DNA from: Deltaproteobacteria bacterium
Lineage (GTDB): Bacteria; Desulfobacterota; Syntrophorhabdia; Syntrophorhabdales; JANXAF01
NCBI GenBank assembly: GCA_026417175.1
Contig: JAOADT010000006.1
Location: 5,031-69,030, forward strand
DNA: 64,000 nt
Direction: 5' to 3'
In this document: piece after piece, positions 12,400 to 23,056 of the stretch
Layout: every line of letters begins with the position of its first letter
How positions within the stretch are numbered: position 1 is the stretch's first letter
Position numbers and translations under genes: made by a program
Notes under the pieces: model-generated
Database searches by the model: none
What the model saw: the letters and a program-made list of their open reading frames with translations, nothing else
Told to the model about the DNA's origin: nothing

Positions 12400-12413
12400 A
12401 GGGAGGAAATTAG

Positions 12414-12683
12414 ATGAATGAGTCATGGACGTTTTCTACTTTCATTCTTTCCCTTTCAAGCTCGGCACACGTATCACTTGGTGAACTACCTGACCCCATA
12501 ACAAATGAAAAAAAAGTTGATTTAAATATGGCAAGACAGACAATAGCAATAATAGAACTTCTGAAAGAAAAAACTAAAGGGAATTTAACAGAAGAAGAGG
12601 AAAGACTCATCGAGGATACACTTTGCGACCTCAAGTTAAAATATGTGGAGGTGGCAAAAAAAGAGAAGGAAGTTAAAACCTAA
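12414..12683 (+). CDS. DUF1844-like small protein
   Basis: 89 aa. FILSLSSSAHVSLGE...IELLKEKTKGNLTEEE pattern as remembered for DUF1844. Stop overlaps the convergent M16 stop (CTAA). Confidence 0.6.
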   Translation: MNESWTFSTFILSLSSSAHVSLGELPDPITNEKKVDLNMARQTIAIIELLKEKTKGNLTEEEERLIEDTLCDLKLKYVEVAKKEKEVKT

Positions 12684-15265
12684 AACTTTTTCCCCAATAT
12701 TACCGTTATTGCTTTTTCAGGTTTCAGATACTTTTTTGCAGCTTTTTCAACTTCTTCTTTTTTTACACTCCTAATGTTCTCAGGCCATTTTTTGAAAAAA
12801 TCGGGTCCCAGTCCGTAAAATGTATCAACCATCATTCGGTATGCGATGGAAGTATTAGATTGAATGGATATTAAATAATTACCTACCAGATATCTCTTTG
12901 CCCTTTCAACCTCTTCTTCACTGAAACCTTCCTCCAAAATCTTTGCTATTTCTCTCTTTATGGTCTCTTTCACGTCTTTTAACACCTTCGGATCAAAAGC
13001 AGCATAAATACCCATCGTGCCTGTGTCATAACCCATGTGGTTAAAAAATGTGGTTGCATATGCGAAAGGATTTTCTTCCCTCAGCATCTTGTGAACTCTA
13101 CCTCCCATACCAGAAAACAGAGCATCAATCACTTCCAAAGGAAATCTTTCTTTTTCTGTGAGTGAAACACTTGGAAATCCAAAGATTATGTGGTTTTGTA
13201 CCAAATCCTTTTCGAAAAATTTCTCTCCCTTTCTCTCTTGCACATTTTCCCGTATCAGATCTGACCGCGGTCCGTCCCATTTGGAAAAAAGCTCCCTTAA
13301 GAGTCTTTGCGTTTCCTTTATTTCTATGTCTCCCGATATGGCAAACACACAGTTTTTTGGACTCACAAACTGAGTATAAGCTCTTTTCAGGTCTTCAATT
13401 GTAATTGAAAGTACATCCTCAGGTGTACCTGAAGGGTCTTTTTCATATGGGTGACCCTCATAGAAAAAGGCATTGAATTTTCTAAACAAGTAGGACACAG
13501 GATCATCTTCTTTTTGTCTGAGTTCAGAAAGAACTTCATTTTTTACATTGTTCAGTTCTTGCTCTGTAAATTCAGCTTCCATAAGGATTTCTTGCAACAG
13601 AGATAAGATTTCAATAAAATCTTTGCTCATAAATTTGCCTGAAAGGCCAAAAAGGTTATATCCGCAAAAAGGATTAATCTGTCCTGCAAGAGTGTCTATA
13701 AGGATGGCTATCCGAAGCCCATCTTTCTTTTTTGTCCCTTTAAGTAACATTCTTGAAAGTAGATTAAAAAGTCCATTTTTTCCATGGGGTTCATTTTTTA
13801 CCCCGCCCACAAAGCCTATTGAAAATGAAAATAAAGGCGCGCTTTGATTTCTGTTAATCACATACTTAAGCCCATTTTCCAACTCTCCATACACAGGGTT
13901 ACTTCTTTTTTTTTGGGTTTGAGGAAGAATAACTACCACATTCCTTTTTTCTTCAGAAAAATATTGCTTTATTACCCTTTTTAAGTCGTCTGGCCCTACT
14001 TTATCCACCTTCTCTAAAAACTTATCTACAAACGATAAATCTTTAGTAATGGTATAGTAATGCCCAAGTAGTCTAGCTCTACCCTGAACGGTTTCAGAAC
14101 CATATATGTAGGATGCTTTTATCTGATTTTTTGCTTTTACGAGCTCCCATTCGGATAAACTTTCGCCAAGCCTCTTTAACTCGTCCTCCACCTTTTTCAG
14201 GATATTCTCAAAGTCCGTCCCTCTAAAATTTGTCTGTATTACAAAAAGTCCTTCCTCCTCCGGTGCGAATACAAATGAGGATGCGCCAGTCAAAATCATC
14301 TCTTTATTTTTAAGCTCATTTTGAATTCTAGAACTTTCTCCTTCGGTTAGTAAGGCACTTAGAACCTCGAGAGTAGGGATGTCTTCGTTCACAAGGGATG
14401 GAATTGGATAAGAAATTGCCATATAACTCTCTAGCACATCTTTATGGATTACCTTTGTAGTTCCCCGTTTCCCTGAAGTATTTCTCTTTTTTTCCTCATT
14501 TTTGCCCTTTCTTTCAAGTTTCCCGAAAATGTTGTGCGCTAAATCTTTAGCTAAGGTTAAATTGAAATCTCCGACTATGACGATTACCGTCCTCTCGGGA
14601 ATGTAATGGTCATTAAAGTAGGCTAAAATATCCTCCCTTGTAAGGTTATTTACCGTTTCGGGAAAACCTATTATAGGCCTCCCGTAGGGATGATTAGCAT
14701 AAGACAACATAAAGAGTTCATTGTACAGCTTCCTCCATGGATCGTCTTCTTTCATTTTTATCTCTTCAAGAACGACTTTTCTTTCTTTTTCAATTTCCTC
14801 TTCGGGAAAGGTGGGATTAAAAATGGCTTCGTGTAAAAGTAAAAACCCTTCGTGGAATGACTCTTTTGGAATTACAACATGGTATACCGTGTCATCGTAT
14901 GAGGTAAAAGCGTTCAGAGTACCACCTAGAGACTCGATTCTTTGGGCTATTTCATTGGGTTCTAATTTTTTTGACCCTTTGAATATCAGATGTTCAATAA
15001 AATGGGTTATTCCTGCCTTTCTGTCTTCTTCGTATTTGCTTCCAACCCTCATCCAAAACTGGATTGCAACTACATTTGATCCCGGTCTTATATCAAAAAT
15101 AAATTGCATTCCGTTAGGGAGTGTAAGCAGATCCACAGCATTGACCTCAAGGGCGAAAGTTATGAGAAAAATAAGGAATGGGAGGACAAAGGTCCTCCTA
15201 TCCAAGGGCACGTCTTCCTTCTTGAAAAGCTTTAATGTTAAGATCCTGAAACCTTTCAGGAACAA
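12680..15265 (-). CDS. Two-module M16 (pitrilysin-family) zinc peptidase
   Basis: 861 aa with HFIEHLIFKG (HxxEH) in the first module and a second M16-like half. The N-terminus carries a signal anchor. The true start may be the TTG at 15205, which would cut the overlap with iorB from 68 nt to 8 nt. Confidence 0.8.
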   Translation of the reverse strand: MFLKGFRILTLKLFKKEDVPLDRRTFVLPFLIFLITFALEVNAVDLLTLPNGMQFIFDIRPGSNVVAIQFWMRVGSKYEEDRKAGITHFIEHLIFKGSKKLEPNEIAQRIESLGGTLNAFTSYDDTVYHVVIPKESFHEGFLLLHEAIFNPTFPEEEIEKERKVVLEEIKMKEDDPWRKLYNELFMLSYANHPYGRPIIGFPETVNNLTREDILAYFNDHYIPERTVIVIVGDFNLTLAKDLAHNIFGKLERKGKNEEKKRNTSGKRGTTKVIHKDVLESYMAISYPIPSLVNEDIPTLEVLSALLTEGESSRIQNELKNKEMILTGASSFVFAPEEEGLFVIQTNFRGTDFENILKKVEDELKRLGESLSEWELVKAKNQIKASYIYGSETVQGRARLLGHYYTITKDLSFVDKFLEKVDKVGPDDLKRVIKQYFSEEKRNVVVILPQTQKKRSNPVYGELENGLKYVINRNQSAPLFSFSIGFVGGVKNEPHGKNGLFNLLSRMLLKGTKKKDGLRIAILIDTLAGQINPFCGYNLFGLSGKFMSKDFIEILSLLQEILMEAEFTEQELNNVKNEVLSELRQKEDDPVSYLFRKFNAFFYEGHPYEKDPSGTPEDVLSITIEDLKRAYTQFVSPKNCVFAISGDIEIKETQRLLRELFSKWDGPRSDLIRENVQERKGEKFFEKDLVQNHIIFGFPSVSLTEKERFPLEVIDALFSGMGGRVHKMLREENPFAYATTFFNHMGYDTGTMGIYAAFDPKVLKDVKETIKREIAKILEEGFSEEEVERAKRYLVGNYLISIQSNTSIAYRMMVDTFYGLGPDFFKKWPENIRSVKKEEVEKAAKKYLKPEKAITVILGKKF

Positions 15266-15797
15266 GGTTTCTTATGGCCTCTAACCACAACTCTTCCTTT
15301 AAATCGGGCAAAAAATTCGAAAAGGCACCTACCATCACCACATTAGCTACTTGAATATTCCCCAATTTTCTTGCAATTTCAAGTCCTTCTACCACATAAA
15401 CGTTATTTTTCCCAAAATGACTTCTGAAAATACCTGGTATATCATCAGGGTAACTCATCTCCCCAATATTGACCGCCGGAGGATACATCTTTTGGTTGTT
15501 AAGGATTACCTTCCCGTCATTTTTTAACCAATTTATATATCTTAGACCTTCTAACAATTCAAACCCTATAAGATAATCAGCATCCCCGTATTTTATAAGG
15601 GGCGAATATATTTTAGTTCCGAACCTAAAATGAGTCACTACGTCTCCACCTCTTTGCGCCATTCCATGTACTTCCGCTTTTTTTACTTCGAAACCTGCCG
15701 TAGAAAGGACATGCCCCATGATGTTGCTTGCCAGGATCGTACCTTGACCCCCTACTCCTGCAAGGAATATATTTGTAACCGTTCTGTCCTTTTTCAT
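15198..15797 (-). CDS. iorB: Indolepyruvate:ferredoxin oxidoreductase subunit beta
   Basis: 199 aa. NIFLAGVGGQGT start typical of OFOR gamma-like/IorB. Immediately downstream of iorA. Confidence 0.85.
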   Translation of the reverse strand: MKKDRTVTNIFLAGVGGQGTILASNIMGHVLSTAGFEVKKAEVHGMAQRGGDVVTHFRFGTKIYSPLIKYGDADYLIGFELLEGLRYINWLKNDGKVILNNQKMYPPAVNIGEMSYPDDIPGIFRSHFGKNNVYVVEGLEIARKLGNIQVANVVMVGAFSNFLPDLKEELWLEAIRNLVPERFQDLNIKAFQEGRRALG

Positions 15798-15806
15798 TTG
15801 TACCTC

Positions 15807-17618
15807 CTAATTCACAACTGGTTCTATTGCTTCAAACTTGCAAACTTGCTCGCACACACTACAACCAACACACTGATCCCTGTTTATGAAGGCCCTTCCT
15901 TTCCTTTTATGTCCATCCTTTGTGACTCCTTCCTCCCGTATAAAACTTATCGGTGGACAGTTTATTTCAAGGCAAGCTTTACATCCCCTACATTTTTCCT
16001 CATTTACTCGGTAAGCAGGGTATTTGAAGCGCTCAAGTGGTTTTGCTCTTCTCAAAAGTATGCACGGACTGTCTTTACAAATGATTAGTGAAGGTTCGTC
16101 CTTATTTACCTCCTCCTTGATTATTTCCATAGTCTCCTTTAGATTGTAAGGATAAACATGCCTTATACTTTTTACTCCTAATGCCTTTCCTATTTCGTCG
16201 TAGTTTACAGCTATTGTGGGTTCTAAGCGTGCTGTGTATCCGCTTCCAGGATGTTCTTGCTGTCCTGTCATCGCGGTTATCATGTTATCGAGAACTATAG
16301 TGGTTGAATTCCCTTTGTTGTAAGGAATATCCATAAGAGGCGGTAACCCAGCGTGGAGGAATGTTGAATCGCCTAAGACAGCGCAAGATTTTCCCAAACC
16401 TTCTTTCCCTAAGGCTTTCATTGCACCGTGAGCCATACCCACACCTGCGCCCATACATATGGTTACGTGTATAGCCTCAAGGGGTGGGTTACTAGCCAGA
16501 GCGTAGCATCCTATGTCCCCAAATACAAAAAGACCAAGTTTTTTGAGTACATAGAATAGCGGTCTGTGTGAGCATCCAGCACATAGATTAGGAGGTCTTT
16601 TCGGTAAACTGCTAGTATCCATTCTTGTTTTGGGGGTCTTATATCTTTTACCTTTAAACGCTCTCTCAACTATTTCGGGGGATAGTTCATAAACGGCAGG
16701 TATTACATCTTTTCCATGCCATATCCTATGGCCCATAGCCCTGATCTCAGTCTCGAGAAACGGATCTAGCTCCTCCACGATCGCCACCTTTTTCACTTTC
16801 TTGAAAAACTCATTTATCATCTTTTTGGGAAGTGGCCAGACCATTCCGAGTTTCAAAAATGACCATTCTGGAAATACCTCTTTGGCATAAAGGTAGGAAA
16901 CACCACTGGAGATAATCCCGTACCGAGTATCGTTTATTTCCATTATGTTGTATTTAAAACTGTTCGCAAATTCTTCTAATTTCTTCATCCTTTCTTCCAC
17001 TACCAATCTTCTCTGCCGAACATATATTGGAATCATGTTGTATTTTGATGCTTCCTTACGGTCAAGACCTATTTTTCGATTAGGCTCTATCCTTTCACCT
17101 AGCTCTACAAGGGAGTCGCAGTGAGAAACTCTTGTCTCTGATCTAAGTAGGACAGGTGTATCGAACTCCTCACTAATTTCAAATGCTAATTTCGTAAAAT
17201 CCTTACATTCCTGAGAGTCACTCGGTTCAAGCATTGGAGCCTTCCCAAATCTCGCCCAGTGACGACTGTCCTGCTCATTTTGGGAACTGTGTGAATATGG
17301 ATCGTCCGCTATTACTATGACAAGACCGCCTTTGACCCCGGTATAGGATAAAGTCATAAATGCATCTGAAGCCACGTTCATTCCCACGTGTTTCATGGAA
17401 GCCATTGCCCTTACACCCGCAAGCGATGCTCCTCCCGCAACTTGTACTGCAACCATTTCATTTACAGACCACTCTGCATAGATCTCAGGATACTTCTCCG
17501 CAATATTTCTGAGGATCTCACTACTTGGTGTCCCCGGGTATGCGGCAGCCACCTTGACCCCAGCTTCCCAGGCCCCTCTTGCTATAGCTTCATTCCCCTG
17601 CATTATTACTCTTTTCAT
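15807..17618 (-). CDS. iorA: Indolepyruvate:ferredoxin oxidoreductase subunit alpha
   Basis: 603 aa. TPP-enzyme N-terminus (GNEAIARGAWEAGV), GDIGCY, and two C-terminal ferredoxin motifs (CRGCKAC...C, CVGCSVCEQVC). Confidence 0.9.
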   Translation of the reverse strand: MKRVIMQGNEAIARGAWEAGVKVAAAYPGTPSSEILRNIAEKYPEIYAEWSVNEMVAVQVAGGASLAGVRAMASMKHVGMNVASDAFMTLSYTGVKGGLVIVIADDPYSHSSQNEQDSRHWARFGKAPMLEPSDSQECKDFTKLAFEISEEFDTPVLLRSETRVSHCDSLVELGERIEPNRKIGLDRKEASKYNMIPIYVRQRRLVVEERMKKLEEFANSFKYNIMEINDTRYGIISSGVSYLYAKEVFPEWSFLKLGMVWPLPKKMINEFFKKVKKVAIVEELDPFLETEIRAMGHRIWHGKDVIPAVYELSPEIVERAFKGKRYKTPKTRMDTSSLPKRPPNLCAGCSHRPLFYVLKKLGLFVFGDIGCYALASNPPLEAIHVTICMGAGVGMAHGAMKALGKEGLGKSCAVLGDSTFLHAGLPPLMDIPYNKGNSTTIVLDNMITAMTGQQEHPGSGYTARLEPTIAVNYDEIGKALGVKSIRHVYPYNLKETMEIIKEEVNKDEPSLIICKDSPCILLRRAKPLERFKYPAYRVNEEKCRGCKACLEINCPPISFIREEGVTKDGHKRKGRAFINRDQCVGCSVCEQVCKFEAIEPVVN

Positions 17619-17738
17619 AATTCCTCCGTACTATTAAACTCTGTTTTAAAAAAAACCTTGTTATTTTGTTCACTTAACTAGGCAATTTATTTTCTATGAA
17701 AAAGCGGCACCTTGTCAAGATAAATTTTTGATAGATCT

Positions 17739-18836
17739 CTAGAACATGTACCTTCTCATATTTACGTTAAGCACTATTCCTATCAGACACAAAGTACTCA
17801 CAAGGCTTGATCCCCCGTAACTTAAAAGCGGCAATGGGATACCTACCACTGGGAATAGCCTCACAGTCATAAGCACGTTTATTACAAACTGCCAAAAAAT
17901 CAGAGCCGCACACCCAAAAGCTATTATAGAACCCATTTCATCCTTGGTATCCTTGGAAATTTTAAGACATCTTAAAATAAGTGATGCAAAGAGCAAAAAA
18001 ACTACAATCGAACCCAAAAAACCCCATTCTTCGGCCAAGACTGTAAAGATAAAGTCAGTATGATGCTCTGGAATAAAGTTCAGCTTATGCTGCGTCCCTG
18101 AGAGAAATCCCTTGCCCAAAAATTTTCCAGAGCCAACTGCTATCATAGCCTGTTTTGCATGGTAATTATATCCTGAAACATCGAGATCAGGATTAATAAG
18201 CCCCATTATTCTTAACTTTTGATAAGGCTGAAGCCCGTATTGCCATACAAAATAACCAAGGGTTGCCCCCCCAGCTAATACTGTAAAAAAAACCCCCTTC
18301 TTCATACCAACGAACCAAAGGATACTGAAAGAAAGTATAATTAGTATACAGGCTGTTCCAAGATCAGGTTGTTTCGCAATTACAACTGCAGGCAAAAATG
18401 TAACAAAAATGGGCACAATGATATCTTTTAACCCAAGAAATGAGTTATGGCGCATTTTTTCATGAAGTAAATCTGTAAGGTAAAGAAGAATTATGGGCTT
18501 CATAAATTCAGATGGTTGTAAACTCAAACCAAATATGTTCAACCATCTTCTGGCCCCACCCGCAACAATACCAACAAAAAATACGAGAAGTATGAGAACA
18601 AATCCAGCTATATAGAGATAAAGCGAGTTAGACACTATAGTTCTGTAATCAAAATAAAGAATGATGCAAACAAGAACAATCCCTAAAGTAAATGCTAGAA
18701 GCTGTTTTAAGAGGTACGTTTTTGACCCAAGGGAACTTGTCGCGGAAATTAGATTTAGTATACCAATTAAAAAAATGGCGCAAACATTAATAATAAGATA
18801 AAAATCCAAATGATGAAGTCTTCTTCTATCTAACAA
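17739..18836 (-). CDS. rodA: Peptidoglycan glycosyltransferase RodA (SEDS family)
   Basis: 365 aa polytopic FtsW/RodA/SpoVE pattern (QPSEFMKP, TDFIF, PLPLLSYGGSS). Overlaps the mrdA end. Confidence 0.9.
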   Translation of the reverse strand: MLDRRRLHHLDFYLIINVCAIFLIGILNLISATSSLGSKTYLLKQLLAFTLGIVLVCIILYFDYRTIVSNSLYLYIAGFVLILLVFFVGIVAGGARRWLNIFGLSLQPSEFMKPIILLYLTDLLHEKMRHNSFLGLKDIIVPIFVTFLPAVVIAKQPDLGTACILIILSFSILWFVGMKKGVFFTVLAGGATLGYFVWQYGLQPYQKLRIMGLINPDLDVSGYNYHAKQAMIAVGSGKFLGKGFLSGTQHKLNFIPEHHTDFIFTVLAEEWGFLGSIVVFLLFASLILRCLKISKDTKDEMGSIIAFGCAALIFWQFVINVLMTVRLFPVVGIPLPLLSYGGSSLVSTLCLIGIVLNVNMRRYMF

Positions 18837-20622
18837 GTACTCGTGCCTCCTTTAATGGCTTTGATTCTTTGAAATATTCCTCGGTGATAATTTTGGCCAC
18901 AGGTGCCGCAGCTTGTGCCCCGTGACCTCCGTATTCAACTATCACGCTAATTGCTATCTCTGGATTCGAAAAGGGCGCAAAAGCCACAAACCAAGCGTGG
19001 TCCCCTCGAGATGCCTTTTGCGACGAGGCAGTCTGGGCAGTTCCCGTTTTCCCACTCATTTCTGCAATAGATGTCCTTGAACCAAAAGCCGTACCAGTCG
19101 GTTCATTTACCACCCCCCACATGGCCTTTTTTATGATCTCTATAGTTTTTGAGCTTATATGTACTTCCTTTCTTATCTCCGGTTTAAAAGTCTTTATAAC
19201 ATTGCCCTCTGGAGAAACTATTCTATTCACTATTTGCGGCTTATAAAGTATACCCTCATTTGCAATAAGTGACGCAAGAGTTGCCATCCCCATGGGCGTA
19301 AGCCAAACAGCTCCTTGGCCGATAGAGACAGAGAGTGTTTCTCCCTCATACCACTTCTGGCCCTGTGTCTTTATTTTCCATTCGCTACAAGGCACAAAAC
19401 CTTTTTTTTCACCTGGCAAATCTACCCCGCTCATCTCCATAACGCCAAGAATTTTTGCCATCTCATGAATGCGGTCTACCCCGATTTTAAGACCCACATT
19501 GTAGAAGAAGACATCGCACGATTCGACAATTCCTTTGTGAACAGAAACGTTGCCGTGCCCCTTTTCTTTCCAGCATCTAAAAAGCCTGTTACCGAAAAAG
19601 AGCCCACCCCTGCAAAGGAAAGATGTTTTTTCATCTATCGTTCCATCCTCTAAGGCCGCAATCGCCACAAGCAGTTTAAATGTGGAACCGGGAGGGTATC
19701 TCCCTTGAATAACCCGATTCTGTAACGGATGGTTCCTGTCAGATACAAGTTTAACCCACTCTTCTTTCTTTACACCTGACACCAGTCTGTTAGGATCAAA
19801 TCCAGGTCTACTCACAAGTGCTATAACCCCGCCTGATGTAGTATCAAGCACAACCGCTCCGCCACTTTTCTTTTCAAGCACTTTGTATATGGCCATCTGC
19901 ACATCTAAATCCACGTTGAGATAAAGGTTATTCCCGGGTATTGGTTCCTTTGTTTCAAGGACCCTTATTTCCCTGCCCATAGCATCCACCTCTACCCGTC
20001 TCTCACCGTCTCTACCTCGGAGATAATCTTCATAAAACTTTTCGAGTCCGTATTTACCTATGTAGTCTCCCGGGGAATATCCTTTGTGCATCTTCAATTC
20101 TTCGTTACTTATCTCAGAAACATAACCAATAAGATGACTAAATATCTCTCCATGGGGATAGTATCTTTTAGGTTCAACCTGTACCAAAACTCCAGGAAGG
20201 TAAACTCTCTGAGCCTCAACCTTTGCAACCTCATCTATTGTTAGATCAGACTTTATTTTAACGGGAAAAGAAGGGGGTAATTCCTTGGAAAAACTTAGTT
20301 TTTCTACAATTTCTTCTCTTTCTATATTTAAAAGTCTGGCAATTCCATCAACTGTCTGATTAAAGTCTTTTATATCTTCTGGGACTATGTAAAGATTGAA
20401 GGAAGGCCTTGTCTCGGCGAGTATTCTTCCTTTTTTATCGTAAATTGTCCCCCTTGGAGCGTACAACTTTTGAATTCTGATTCTGTTTTGTTCTGATAAT
20501 TTCCTCATCTCCTCACCTTTAATTATTTGTAGATGCCAAAGCCTAATGGTCATAATTGAGAGGGCGACAACGAGAATCCATTTGCAAAACTTGTATTTTT
20601 TCTCCCTAATCTCTAGTCCCAC
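18826..20622 (-). CDS. mrdA: Penicillin-binding protein 2 (elongasome transpeptidase)
   Basis: 598 aa. N-terminal TM, STFK, and SGKTGTAQ (KTG) motifs. Sits in the mre operon. Confidence 0.9.
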   Translation of the reverse strand: MGLEIREKKYKFCKWILVVALSIMTIRLWHLQIIKGEEMRKLSEQNRIRIQKLYAPRGTIYDKKGRILAETRPSFNLYIVPEDIKDFNQTVDGIARLLNIEREEIVEKLSFSKELPPSFPVKIKSDLTIDEVAKVEAQRVYLPGVLVQVEPKRYYPHGEIFSHLIGYVSEISNEELKMHKGYSPGDYIGKYGLEKFYEDYLRGRDGERRVEVDAMGREIRVLETKEPIPGNNLYLNVDLDVQMAIYKVLEKKSGGAVVLDTTSGGVIALVSRPGFDPNRLVSGVKKEEWVKLVSDRNHPLQNRVIQGRYPPGSTFKLLVAIAALEDGTIDEKTSFLCRGGLFFGNRLFRCWKEKGHGNVSVHKGIVESCDVFFYNVGLKIGVDRIHEMAKILGVMEMSGVDLPGEKKGFVPCSEWKIKTQGQKWYEGETLSVSIGQGAVWLTPMGMATLASLIANEGILYKPQIVNRIVSPEGNVIKTFKPEIRKEVHISSKTIEIIKKAMWGVVNEPTGTAFGSRTSIAEMSGKTGTAQTASSQKASRGDHAWFVAFAPFSNPEIAISVIVEYGGHGAQAAAPVAKIITEEYFKESKPLKEARVLVR

Positions 20623-21119
20623 TTTTTTTCTCCGTATTTATGTTCAAACTTCACAAGAATTGAATATATCGGAAGAGAAAAAGTTGCAGTAAATACACTG
20701 TTTGGGAAAACATAAAACATTACGTTCACTGCGTTAGAAATGTCCGCCTTTGTAAAGAGGGAAAGTCCAATAACAAGTAAAGACTCAAAAAACTCGGATG
20801 CCCCACATAAAGCTGCAAATGTATACTGGGATTCAATGTAAAACTTATGTCTCATGAGAAAGCAAAACAATAAAAGAGAAATCTTACTAAATACGAGAGT
20901 GCCAGAGGAAGCAGTTGAGAAACCTTCTTGAAGAAAACCAATGATGAGCGCAACCACAAAAGCCGAATCCAGGGTACCAAAAAAAATATGATACACTATA
21001 AATGGAATCCCAAAATCAGCCTTTAAAAATTCAAAGGAAAAGTAATTAATGAACACTGTCTGTGTGGCAGTTATAATAAAAAAAAACCCAATGGATAAAC
21101 CTAATTTGAGCATCTTCAC
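20613..21119 (-). CDS. mreD: Rod shape-determining protein MreD
   Basis: 168 aa hydrophobic protein between mreC and mrdA. Confidence 0.7.
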   Translation of the reverse strand: MKMLKLGLSIGFFFIITATQTVFINYFSFEFLKADFGIPFIVYHIFFGTLDSAFVVALIIGFLQEGFSTASSGTLVFSKISLLLFCFLMRHKFYIESQYTFAALCGASEFFESLLVIGLSLFTKADISNAVNVMFYVFPNSVFTATFSLPIYSILVKFEHKYGEKKWD

Positions 21120-21916
21120 CTTTTTAGAACTATGACTTGGTCTAGAACCCTAAAATTTGCAAATGGAATAACATCTATATCGAGAAAAATCCCACCAGTT
21201 TTCCTGTCTACACTGATTACAATGCCTACAGGAATCCCTTTTGGATAGATCCCGTCCTTTCCCGAAGTATAGAGTCTATCCCCTGTTTCAACATCTTCGT
21301 TTTTTTTCACGTATTTAAGTTTCAGCGTGGAATATCCTGTTCCCTCTACTATCCCTCTTATATCTTTTCCCTCTACATAGACATCTACCGCTGAGTTGGT
21401 ATCGTTTATAACCATAATTTTACTCGATTTTTTGTTTACTTCTACTACCTGTCCTACAAGGCCTTTTGGTGAGATAACAGCCATCTTTTCGTGAATGTCA
21501 AAATCTCTTCCCTTATCTATCAATATTCCTTTATACCAACTCTTTATATCTTCTCCCACAACATTTGCCACTATCATCCTGAATCCATTTTTTTCCGAGA
21601 GTTCTAGAATCCTTCTAAAATACCTATTTTCCCGCTCTAGCTCCTTGAGTCTCGAAATCTCCAGATAGGCAAGATCAAGTCTTCTTTTAAGTTCCATAAC
21701 TTCTTTTTTTGCATCTTTTAAGTCAATGTATAATTCATAGTATTCGTTTACCTTCCTTAGGGGTCTGTCTAAAAGATTAACCGTAATCCCAGAAATGTCT
21801 CCAAAGAGTCCTCTCACCTTAAAATAAATTTTGTTTGCAAGAGGAAAATTTGTGAAGGCAAGGAAAGATAAAATAAGTGCTAAAATAGCACTTGTGAAAA
21901 CAAAATAGCGTCTCAA
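21116..21916 (-). CDS. mreC: Rod shape-determining protein MreC
   Basis: 266 aa. TM, coiled coil, then beta-domain (GLVGQVVEV, TSGKDGIYPKGIPVG). Confidence 0.85.
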   Translation of the reverse strand: MRRYFVFTSAILALILSFLAFTNFPLANKIYFKVRGLFGDISGITVNLLDRPLRKVNEYYELYIDLKDAKKEVMELKRRLDLAYLEISRLKELERENRYFRRILELSEKNGFRMIVANVVGEDIKSWYKGILIDKGRDFDIHEKMAVISPKGLVGQVVEVNKKSSKIMVINDTNSAVDVYVEGKDIRGIVEGTGYSTLKLKYVKKNEDVETGDRLYTSGKDGIYPKGIPVGIVISVDRKTGGIFLDIDVIPFANFRVLDQVIVLKR

Positions 21917-21927
21917 CGATAGACCTT

Positions 21928-22989
<1,062 letters not shown>

Positions 22990-23056
22990 TCAAATTTGTT
23001 GAAAAATTCAAGTTAATATACTATGTTAGTCTAATAAAATCAATAAGGATAAGGAT

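Noticed and set aside
14721-15284. Long antisense ORFs in the track: 14721..15284 (+, 187 aa), 10782..11189 (-), 44717..45148 (-), 47251..47670 (+), 54853..55260 (-), 59655..60071 (-), 21938..22300 (+), and many of 60-110 aa.
   Set aside because: Each lies fully opposite a confidently identified gene. They have low-complexity or Ser/Leu/Phe-rich composition typical of shadow frames, and lack RBS or recognisable motifs.
17619-17738. Promoter call upstream of iorA (TTGACA on the minus strand near 17716).
   Set aside because: No acceptable -10 hexamer at 16-18 nt spacing (best is TAGAAA/AGAAAA). Too weak to report as a feature.
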